Source of the DNA: Lama glama
Lineage: Eukaryota
Reading direction: 5' to 3'
Assembly (NCBI GenBank): GCA_028534125.1
Contig: CM052816.1
Location: 31,002,001 to 31,066,000 of the forward strand
Length of the DNA: 64,000 nucleotides
A program made the position numbers and the translations under genes. The notes below the pieces were generated by a model. The model did not search any database and had not been told where the DNA came from. It saw only the letters and a program-made list of their open reading frames with translations. Shown here piece after piece: positions 53,460 through 64,000 of this stretch. The number at the start of each line of letters is the position of its first letter. Within the stretch, counting starts at the first letter, position 1.

Positions 53460-53690
53460 GGAGAGTCAAGAAGAGCACTGAATGTAAAACTTATGCTTTA
53501 GTTACCCTTAAGCTGTCACTCACTAGCTATGTGACCCTGGTTAAGTCACAATCTTTCAAGATCTCAATTTCTTCATATAAAGTAGAAATAAATCTATCTG
53601 AACTATCTAATATTTCTGAGTTATGGTAAAATCAAATAAGAAAATGCATATTCAGATTGTTTTAGAAACTGCAAAGCTTTATAAATATAA
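53460..53690 (+). mobile_element. MIR (MIRc/MIR3-like)
   Basis: CACTAGCTATGTGACCCTGGTTAAGTCACAATCTTTCAAGATCTCAATTTCTTCAT...AAACTGCAAAGCTTTATAAAT. Confidence 0.75.
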
Positions 53691-54309
53691 GGCATTCTAG
53701 TCACCTACTTTTTTCTATAATAGCTTTTTTTTTATAGTATCCTTTAATATAATCGGCACTCTGTATGTATCTGCTGAATTAAACTGAAACAAATCAAAGA
53801 ATACTCACAAAGAAAGGTAACTTTAAAAAGTGTCATAACCAAAAAGAGTTTGTAGGCTGACTTTCTTAAATTCTAGAGCTTTACATAACGAATTTTGTGA
53901 CTTAAAAATAATTGTCCCATGGCTACATAAAATAATAATTTAAAAAGTGAAACAAATTGTTAAACTCATATGTACATGTATGTGCATACACACACCACGC
54001 ATAAAATTTCATAGAAAATGATCAGTATTCAGAAAATTTAAATGAAGAGGGAGTACAGAAAGGATAACTAGAAATATAAAAGAACAGTTATACTGAGCAG
54101 CAAGAAAAACAAAACTAACGAGATCTTTACAGTGAAACCAGGAGACAAAGCCAATGCCACTTGAGATACGGACTCTTATTATCTCCATTTTACAAATTAA
54201 ATATGTAAAATGTAAACAACTGATGGATAGGAGTTATTCATGTACATGGAGTTATTGTCATTTTCTCTAAGTCTGAGATTATACCAAAATCAAAAGTTCA
54301 AGAAACTGA

Positions 54310-54690
54310 TTCAAGTACAAATCATCAATGGATACTAACTCTAAGTGGAGAAAGCTTGATTTGTAACGAACAGTCACAAATCGTCTGCCCACAATTGCTT
54401 TTTAGTTACCAAAAAAAAAAAAAAAATTATACAGTAAAGAAAACAAGCAACATCTTAACCAAGAGCATAAAATTAACATTACCAAAAAGTGGCAAATGGA
54501 CACCATGTGCCTCTAGGTACGATATCCTGCGATGATCATGTATTATTTATGTAACTTTCCAGCCAAAAAATCACAACCTAACTTTGACCATGAAGAAATA
54601 ACTGAAAAATAAAAATAGTGAAACATATAAAATAAGTGGAATGGACACTTCAAAAGCATCAGTGTCCTAAAAGACAAAGAATAACTGAGG
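54310..54690 (+). mobile_element. L1MC4/5-like 3'UTR fragment
   Basis: CATCTTAACCAAGAGCATAAAATTAACATTACC...CTTCAAAAGCATCAGTGTCCTAAAAGACAAAGAA. Confidence 0.65.
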
Positions 54691-55524
54691 AAAGAAGTGA
54701 TTCCTTACACTGCTTAAAACATATTATATTATTTTCCTGGTCTATAATAGGGACAGTAATATAAAAATGAATAAGACAAATACCCTCTGCCAAGGTGAAA
54801 ATCTTATAGTATACTATTTAATTATTCCTCTGAGACTCGTAACTAAGAAACAAATGACAGTCATCAATATTTTAATTATGTATGAAACAAAATTTAGTAT
54901 AGAATTTTGACTTAAGTTAGGCAAACTACATTTGTTTCTATTCAAAAGAAAATTCTGTCTTGTGTGTATCAAACATTTATACATTAAAATACCAGGAACC
55001 ATTTTCATATAATTTGGTTTGATTTTCATATTCAAATTTAAATCTAATAGTCTTTATACCTTTATCAACATCCTAGGTTTAAATGTCACCAAAATAACAT
55101 GAAACGTAAGGAATATAAGCCACTAACATTTTTAATGTTTTCCAACTCTTGCCAAACTGTTTTAATGATAGTTCTTAGGTATCTCACTTACATTACTTAT
55201 TACCTGACAATGTTACTAAGATATTGGTTCAAAATGTGATGACTGCATTCTCCCTCTAATTTCTATGTTACAACTTCAGCATGAGCTTAAACTCTCATAA
55301 TTGCTTTGTAAACCACAATTCCAAGCACATGAAAAACTGCTCAAAATTACAGTAATATCAACTCTTTTAAAATGAAAAAGGAAATGTAAAGTTAATCATC
55401 ATATATTAACTGCTGGCTCTCTAAAACAGTAGCCACTGCTTAAATCATATCACATAATACAAAATACTTTTTTATGTTGCAATCTGATATACATATAGAA
55501 AAGTGTCACAAAACAATTTTAACC

Positions 55525-55652
55525 CAGGGCAGTGACACACAATTTCCATTATGTTTCATTTTTAAAATGCTATTTCAAAACCCTCTGAATTGATTTCATT
55601 ACCCACTAAACCACTAACAGGTCAGGCTATCTATAGTTAGAAAAATACTGCT
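55525..55652 (+). mobile_element. hAT-Charlie-type MITE end fragment
   Basis: AATTGATTTCATTACCCACTAA...AGTTAGAAAAATACTG resembles Charlie-family termini. Confidence 0.45.
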
Positions 55653-56211
55653 CAGCAATACCGAATGAGTTTTAGGAACTATATGTGTGGGCATCATGAA
55701 ACAATTATTATAATAAACCATGAAAACACATAAAGTTAGAACTGTAACTGCTAAAATAGAAAATATTACCTACATTCTATTGCTTTAATCCACCATTTAT
55801 TTTATAATTGTCAAATACTATAAGCAGAAATTCCACATATATATGGTTTATACAGAAACTATACACTATTTACTCTTATGAATTATGAAAATTAGAAAGT
55901 TGATTAAACATTTAATACAGGAACATGAACCTACCTATTTTTAAGGCTTAGCTAAATGTTTGCTCCACAATTTTCTTGACCACTTTTCCTGACTTTCAAT
56001 GATTTGTTCTTATACAATCTACTGACTAACTACATGAAATTCCCAATTTAAGAAACAGTGTTTTCTGGTATCAAGGAGTGTGCATCTAAAAAAAAAACTT
56101 TCAAAAAGACACATCTATCAACCCTCAATAAAATTTAAAAAGCAACTTTTTGAGGGCTCTATATAGAACAAAAACATAAATTTTGGACAATCAAAACATA
56201 TTGCAATGTTA

Positions 56212-59200
56212 GCAACCAATGGATCAAAGGAGCAATCAAAAGAGATATTTTAAAAAGTACCTTAATAGTAAGGGATGCAGCAAAAGATGTTCTAAGAGGA
56301 AAACTCATAGTAATAAATGCCTAATCAAGAAACCAGGAAGATCCCAAATAAACAACTTGATGTTATGCCTCAAAGAGGCAGGGGAAAAAAAAAAAGAACA
56401 AACAAAGCCCAAAGTTACTAGAAAGAAGGAAATACCGACAATCAGAGCAGAAATAAATGACATAGAGACTGTAAGACAACAGAAAAGATCAAAGAAACAT
56501 AGAGTTGGGTTTTCGAAAAATAAACAAAACTAACAAAACTTCAGCTAGATTTAACTTAGAAAAAAAGAGGGGACTCAAATAAATAAAATCAGAAATGAAA
56601 GAGGAGACTTTAAAATTGATGCCACAATTTCAAAAGAGACTACTATGAACAATTATATACCAACAAATTGGACAACCTAGAAGAAATGGATAAATTCCTA
56701 GAAATACACAACCCACCAAGACTGAGTTACAAAGAAACAGAAAATCTAAACAGACCAATTACTAGTAAGGAGACTGAATCAGTAATCAATAACCACCCAA
56801 CAAACGAAAGTCCAGGACCAAATGGCTTCACTGGTGAATTCTAGCAAACATTTAAAGAGTTAACATTAATCCTTTACAACTCTTCCAAAAAACAGAAGAA
56901 GAGGGAACATTTCCAAATTCATGTTACAAGACCAGCATTACCCTAACACCAAGACCAAAGACACTACAAGAAAAGAAAATCACAGGCCAATATCCCTGAG
57001 AAAAATAGATGCAAAAATTCCGGAAAAAAATTAGGAAACCAAATTCAACAACACAGTAAAAGGATCATACACCATGAACAAGCAGTATTTATTCCACAAA
57101 TGCAAGAATAGTTCAATATGAACAAATCAATGTGATACATCATATTAATAAAATGAAGGATGAAAAATCCTATGATCATCTCAACAGATGCAGAAAAAGC
57201 AACAATAAAATTCAACACCCATCTACAATAAAAACTCTCACAAAGTAGGTACAGAGGGAACATACCTCAACATAATAAAGGTCAAATAATACAAACCCAC
57301 AGCTAACGCAATACTCAATGGTAAAAGCTGAAAGCTTTTCCTCTAAGACCAGGAACATAACAAAGATGCCCAATTTTGCCACTTTAATTCAACATAGTGT
57401 TAAATAATTATGTCCTAACTAGAACAATTGGACAATAAAAAGAAATAAAAGGCACTCAAATCAGAAAGGAAGAAATAAACCTATCATTGTTTGCAAATGT
57501 CATACTATTATATATGCAAAACCGTAAAGATTCCACCAAAAAACTCTTGGACTAATAAACAAATTCAGTAAAGTCACAGGATACAAAATCAACATTCAAA
57601 AACATGCTGCATTTCTGTACACGAATAACAAACTACCAGAAAAAGAAATTAAGTTTAAAAATCCCATTTACAATTGCATCAGAACGGATAAAATACCTTA
57701 GAATAAATTTAACCAAGGAGGTAAAAAACCTGTACACTGAAAATCACAACACACTGATGAAAGACATTGAAGAAGATGCAAATAAATGGAAAGATACTCC
57801 GTGCTCATGGACTGAGAGAATATTGTTAAAATGCCCATAGTACCCAAAGCAATCTACAGATTCAATGCAATCCCTATCATAATTCCAATGGTACTCTTCA
57901 AAGAAATAGAATAAACAGTCTTAAACTTTACATGGAACCACAAAAGACCCTGAATAGCCAAAGCTCTTAAAAAGAACAAAGCTGGAGGCATCATGATTCC
58001 TTACTTCAAACTATATTACAAAGCTATAGTAATCAAACAACATGATATTGGCATAAAAACAGACATGCAGATCAACAGAATAGAGAGCCCAGAAATAAAC
58101 CCATGTATATGCATGTATATATGGTTAATTAATTTATGACAAAGGAGCCAAGAACATACAATGGAGAAAAGACCAGTCTCTTCAATAAATGGTGCTGAGA
58201 AAATTGGATAGCCATATTCAGAAGAATAAAATTGGACCGCTATCTTACACCATACACAAAAACTAATTCAAAATGGAGTAAAGGTTGAACATAAGATCTG
58301 AAACCTAAAACTCCTGGAAGAAAGCAGAACTAACCTCCTTGATAACAGTCTTGGCAATGACTTAACACCAAAAACAAAGGCAACAAACGCAAAAATAAAG
58401 AAGCAGGACTACATCTAACTAAAAAGCTTCTGCACAGCAAAGGAAACCATCAACAAAATGAAAAAACAACCTATGGAATGGGAGAAAATATTTACAAATC
58501 ATATATCTGACATCAGGTTAATGTCCAAAATATATAAGCAACTCACTTAACTCAAGAGCAAAACAACTGACAATCCAATTAAAAAATGGTCAGAGAGATG
58601 AATAGACATTTTTCCAGAGAAGCCTTACAGATAGCCAATAGGTAGATGAAAAGGTGCTCGACATCAGTAATGATCAGGGAAATGCAATCAAAGCCACAAG
58701 GAGATATCACCTCACTGCTGTTAGAAAGGCTATTATAAAAAAGAAATAACAAGTATTGGCAAGGATGTGGAGAAAAGGGTGCCCTTGTGCACCACTGGTG
58801 GACATGCAAATCGTGAGGCTACTAAGGAAAACAGTATGGAGATTCCTTAAAAATTTAAAATAAACTACCATAAGATCTAGCAATTCCACTCCTGGGTATT
58901 TATCTGAAGGAAACAAAAACACTAATTCTAAAAGATGTCTGCACCACTATGTTCACTGAAGCATTATTCACAATTACCAGGATATAGAAGCAACCCAAGT
59001 GTCCATCAATGGATAAACAGATAACAAAAACATGAAGCCTATACATATACATATGTATATATGCACACAATGGGATATTATTCAGTCATAAAAAAGAAGG
59101 TAATCCTGCCATTTGCGACAACATGGATAGACCCTGAGGGCAGTATACTAAGTGAAATGAGTCAGAAAAAGACAGATACGATGCAATCTCACTTATATGA

Positions 59201-59375
59201 GGAATCTAAAGACAAACGAAAAACTGACGCCATAAATACAGAGAACAGATCGGTGGTTGCCAGAAGTGGACAAAACAGGTAAAGGTGGTCAAAAGGTACA
59301 AATTTCCAGTTACAAAATAAATAAGTCCTGCAGATGTACTGTACAGCGTGGTGCCTATAGTTAATAATACGACAT
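56212..59375 (+). mobile_element. ~3.2-kb decayed L1 (L1MA-like): ORF2 including RT domain plus 3'UTR
   Basis: GGACAACCTAGAAGAAATGGATAAATTCCTAG and CCAGGACCAAATGGCTTCACTGGTGAATTC. RT motifs are decayed: GT*QRCPILPL (~57352) and LSLFANVILLY (57481; ancestral FADD). Multiple stops and frameshifts. Confidence 0.95.
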
Positions 59376-59505
59376 TGTCCTGGTTGTGATATTGCAGTTA
59401 TGCAAGATGCTACCACTAGGGCAAAGTGGGTAAATGGTACATGGGATCTCTCTGTATTATTTCTGACAACCACATGTAAATCTATAATGATCTCAAAAGG
59501 TTAAT
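59376..59505 (+). mobile_element. L1MC/L1MD-type extreme 3' end
   Basis: CCTGGTTGTGATATTG...GGTACATGGGATCTCTCTGTATTATTTCTGACAACCACATGTAAATCTATAATGATCTCAAAA. Confidence 0.75.
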
Positions 59506-60819
59506 TCATTTAAAAGGGGAAGTACATGAAGAAGAGAAGAAAGAAGATTAATAAATATAAATAATTATGGAAAATTTGTGAAATTCATATTGACTCCTAA
59601 TTCTTAGGTATATGATTGTGGCATTTAAAGCAAACTCACTCCTTTACAAAGTTCTTATAATTCTCGTTGGCTTATTCTTTGTTTCCTAAAATTACACATA
59701 TAGAATGAAGCATAAGAACGTCTTCTAAATCTTTCATACAGGGGAGAAGGGCGTTTTTCAATTCAATGTAATCTGCTTAATAAGGTTAGCTTTTTGAAAC
59801 ATTTTCTCATTATAAACCTGTATCACCAAGAAAGCAATATCTGCTGGGAAAATCAATTTACGAATGTATAAGAGGTTACACTTATGCTCCCTCAATATGA
59901 CATGTGTATATGTATGTGTTTAGAATTAAATCTTTTAAAATAACAGATTCAGAGTAATTCTACATTTGTCTAAAATAGAGAAGTTTTCTCTATTTCCATT
60001 ATACTGTATGGAGATTAATTTTCTTAAGCAATACATGGAGATACAGTTTGCCAAAAGACTCAAAATGACACCACCAATCCAGGAGTACATTTCATTGGAA
60101 ACATTCTATATACCAGTCAACAATAAGAGTACAGATGATTATACTTCAAATTTTCACCTTTTTCCTTTGCAAAGAAAATGCTGTAGAATATAAAGAAGGT
60201 ATTTATAATCCTCTCAAACAGGTTCATTAATCAAATCAGCAAAATTTTAAACAGTCTGTCATTTGGAGGCCCTCCAGGAGATCCCAAATTTTATTCACCA
60301 TTTTAAGCTGGTACTGCCCAATTTACAAAATCAGATGCTAAAAAATCTAGCTGTTTGGAACTTAGAACAAATTTACAAATATAATAAAATTATAAATGGT
60401 GATTAAATTACTGAGTAACTTAATGGAAGGAATGCAAGTGGTTCCCTTTTGCCCTAACCAGAAGAATATCTAAAACTCAAAAAATAATTAAGTTCTAATA
60501 ACAAATGGTTAAAAACAAATAATATCTCAGCATTAAGAAAAATCTTCAATTTCCAGCATTTTATATATGCAGTTTTCTTAACCATTATATACAACAGGTA
60601 TCAGCCTTAACTCAACAAGCACACAATTTGAGGAAAAGCCTGTTGCTTTCCAGGATACTAATGGTTCCCATCTTTATGTAAATTCCATTAAGTTATGAAA
60701 CTTACACTTCTTAACAATGGAATCAGACTTTCATCCTGGTTTTCTATTTGTTTTTAAATAACAATGGCAAAATGGTATAAAGACTGGCCTGTCCAAGTAA
60801 AAAGACAAAAGCCAAAAAA

Positions 60820-61160
60820 AATGAGTTACCATTAACTGAGATGGAAAAACTACAGGAACAGTTTCAAGAGAAATAATCCAAAGGTCAGTTTATTTTTTTA
60901 GTGCTAAGTTTGAGATGCCTACTAGACATCCAAAGAAATTATCAAATAGGATAGAGAAAAAAATTTTTATTGGAAAATAGCTTTTAAACCCGGAAGCCTA
61001 GATGAAACTGTCAGGGAACTACAAAAAAGAAGAGATAATAAGGACCAGGAATTGAGTCCTGGCACTACATAAAACCTACAGTTGCGGAAATGAGAAAACG
61101 TAGCAAATATGACTGACTAAAAGAAGTAGCCAGAAAGGAGAAAAACCAAAAGAACATGGA
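60820..61160 (-). mobile_element. L2 fragment
   Basis: CCATTAACTGAGATGGAAAAACTACAGG...TAAGTTTGAGATGCCTACTAGACATCCAA. Confidence 0.75.
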
Positions 61161-61284
61161 CCTGACTTTCATACCATCTTAGATGTTAGGGACGTAAAAA
61201 TCAATAAACTTAACAAACTCTGCGCCAAAAGCTCCACGTCTAGTGATGAAGACAAAACATGTACAACAACAATTTTGATATAAC

Positions 61285-63365
61285 ACATACGTAGCAAATC
61301 CTAAGTAAAATGCAAAAAAGCTATTAAAACTAATGGCTGATTTTAGGAAAGTTATGGAACAAAAGATTATTATGAAACATCAACAGTTTTCAATATACCA
61401 GAAATAAACTAGAAAATACAAAAAATGCAACTTCATTTATAATAGAGACCAAAATCATGCAAATACATAGTGTCTTAGTCTGTTCAGGCTATACACTGCA
61501 TAGCTTAATAATAATAAGCATTTATTCCTCACAGTGATGGAGACTGGACGTCTGACATGAGGGCACCAGCATGGTCAGATGAGGGCCCTCTTCCAGGCTG
61601 CAGACTTCTTGTTGTATCCTCACATGACAGAAGGAGGCAAGGGAGCTCTTTGCAGCCTCTGTTACTCCCATTCAATAGGATCACCTAATCACCTATCGCT
61701 AAGGCCCCATCTCCTAATACCATCACCTTGGGAGATAGGTTTCAATATATGAATTTTGAAGAGATACAAACATTCAGTCTATAGCATAAGGATAACTTAA
61801 ACAAAATTTGTGCAAACTCTGGTCATTGAAAAGCTACAAACATTACTGGAATAAATTAAAGAAGACATCAAGAAACAGAGAGATGTACCGTGTTCATGAA
61901 TTTAAAGATTCAATATTGTTACAATGTCAGTTCTTCTAAAAATTATCTACAGATTAAGGGCAATCCAATTAAACTCTCAGCAGGCATTTTTTTAATAGAA
62001 AATGACAAGCTGATTCCAAAATTTAAATGGAAATGCAAATGACCTAAACGAGTCAAAGCAATTTTTTTTAAAGAGTTGAAGGAGCTACACTATCTAATTT
62101 GGAGACTTATTATAAAGCTACAGAAATAAAAGACAATGTGGCATTGGCAAAGGATAGACATACAGACCTATCAACTGACCGCTGACAAAGGTGCCAAGGT
62201 AAGTGATGCTGGAACAACGAGACAACTACAAGGAAACAAAATAATCAACAACTCCTACCTAACACCAAACACAAAACTGACCTCAAAATGAAAGTGCTAA
62301 ACCATCAAACTTCTAGAAAATGTTAGAGAAAATCTTCATGATCTTAGGATAGGCAAATATTTTACATAGAACTAAAAAGTATAAATCATAAAAGAAAAAA
62401 TTATAAACTAGACTTCATTAAAATTAAAAATTCTATTCTTCAAAAATCACTCTTAGGAAAAAAGGCAAGCCAAAGACTAATAAAACATTCACAACATACA
62501 TACCTGACAAAAGACTTGTATCCAAACTGTAAGAATTCTTACCTCAATAAGACAAAGAAATCTGTTTTTTAAAATGGGCAAAGATTTGAACAGATAATTC
62601 ACAAGATAAACAAATGGCCAGTAAACACTTTAAAAGACGTTCAGTATCCTTATGTTCAATATTCGTACACCTATTAGAATGGCTAAAATTTCAAAGACTG
62701 GCAACATCAAGTGTTGGCCAGAATGTGAAGAAATTGCTGGTTAAAATGTAAAATAGTATAACCACTTTGGAAAACTATTTGGCAGTTTCTTAAAAATGTA
62801 AACTTACACTTATCTGACAACCCAGTCAATCTGCACCTAAGAAATTACTCAAGAGAAATAAAAATGTATGTCCATACAAAGGTGTGTACATGAATGTCAA
62901 CAGATTTATTCAGAATATTCCAAAACTGGAAGTAGCCCAAATATCCATTAACAGGTGAACGGATAAACAAATTGTGACACATCCATAAGACAGAATACCA
63001 CCATGCAATAAAAAAGAATATCAGACTGCAGTAAAAAAAGAACACACTATTAGCACATACAACAACATGGATGACCCTCACAATCACACTCAGTGGAAGA
63101 AGCCAGACAGAGGAAAGTATATGTGTATGATTCCATTTATATAAAATCCTACAAAACACAACCTGCAGTGAAAGAGAGCAGATCAGTGGTTTCCTGGGGC
63201 CAGGGTTAGGGGAGGAAGAAACTGCCAAAGGGCATGAGGAAGAGGCTCTGTATTCTGACTGTGATAATGATCTCATGGATATACATCTTTCAAAATCCAT
63301 CAAATGGGGCAACTTAAAAGGATACAGATTACTATGTAAATTATAATTTAATAGCATTATTTTAA
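61285..63365 (+). mobile_element. Old L1 (L1MD/ME-like) ORF2 3' part plus 3'UTR, interrupted by an LTR
   Basis: AAAAAGCTATTAAAACTAAT, GACAAGCTGATTCCAAAATTTAAATGGAAATGCAAA and AACCACTTTGGAAAACTATTTGGCAGTTTCTT, with 3'UTR to ~63365. Confidence 0.88.
61471..61786 (-). mobile_element. MaLR solo LTR (MLT1A/MST-like) nested in L1
   Basis: TGTCTTAGTCTGTTCAGGCT...CACCAGCATGGTCAGATGAGGGCCCTCTTCC...CCTAATACCATCACCTTGGG...AAACATTCAGTCTATAGCA. Confidence 0.9.
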
Positions 63366-64000
63366 AAAGGTTCAATATACTAAAGGCTATAACAGAGGAA
63401 TGTATAGATGCAATAGGAGAACATCTTCAGCTACCCGCTACCACTCACCCTCCTTGCCATCCTCTAATCATTGTCAAGAACAGGAGGCAGTAGGCCTCAA
63501 AGGACCAAACCACACCACTACTTGCCTCCCAGAGAAAGAATTCTATACTGTGACATGTATAAACATACAAAGACAATGTCAGAATCCCAGATATGACTAT
63601 TATGCAACATAATATCCGTATTACATAGACGTGAATATATTACCATATATCATAGACGCAAATGAACTTCTTGAATTAATCCTGGAGTTACCCTGCACCC
63701 AGGTGACTGCCCACCTCCACAAAGCATACTGCAGAGGGATTCCCACTAGGTAGTCTCCAGAGGCATCAAACATCCAAAAGAGACTGAAGCAATGCCCTTC
63801 TTTAAGGCTGCTGCAACACCACACCAAAACAAGAGGTATACGTGCTTTATTACAAATATCATAGCTTAGGGACACTCTCTAACCTACACCCTAAGTCAAT
63901 CTAGTATCACCACTAAGGTGGCATGAAACTTAATTATACTCCCTGACCCAAAAACTTGGTCAAAATACCTAACTGGTCTTCATATCCGAGTTATACAGTG

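Larger units (their letters stand above)
51929..64000 (-). other. COMMD10: COMMD10 intron upstream of the exon (continues beyond window)
   Basis: AG acceptor at 51930-51929 with a pyrimidine tract. No upstream exon seen. Confidence 0.85.

Noticed and set aside
56212..59375. Possible active reverse transcriptase
   Set aside because: Catalytic FADD has decayed to FANV, there are many stops and frameshifts, and ORF1 and the 5'UTR are absent.
62534..62562. Recursive-splice-like TTTCTTTGTCTTATTGAG|GTAAGA on the minus strand
   Set aside because: GAG acceptors are rarely used, and the site lies within a decayed L1.
62845..63375. 176-aa minus-strand ORF
   Set aside because: Antisense reading of an L1 3'UTR; typical spurious hydrophobic translation.
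1..64000. CRISPR arrays, prokaryotic operons, rRNA, snoRNA or a novel multi-gene system
   Set aside because: No repeat-spacer periodicity, no gene-dense coding DNA and no recognisable structured-RNA family. The window is a mammalian intron region.

Overview
AT-rich, CpG-poor mammalian genomic DNA, almost certainly camelid (camel, alpaca or llama), because it holds four copies of the camelid tRNA-derived Vic-1-type SINE. The only host coding sequence I can support is one 111-bp internal exon of COMMD10 on the minus strand (51818-51928, [37 protein letters not shown]), which the ORF track misses. Everything else is COMMD10 intron: more than 51.8 kb downstream and more than 12 kb upstream. These introns are filled with L1, L2, MIR, MaLR/ERVL LTRs, a fossil hAT-Tip100-type transposase and a 500-N gap inside a young L1. 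None of the ORF-track ORFs is a credible gene. I found no convincing novel biological system. The best leads are modest: SINE copies carrying 3'-transduced tags inside their TSDs, a young sense-oriented L1 with AATAAA about 3 kb after the exon, a candidate 25-nt microexon, a miRNA-like hairpin and a perfect 45-bp tandem duplication. Repeat subfamily names come from recognition by eye, and boundaries are approximate unless TSDs are given.
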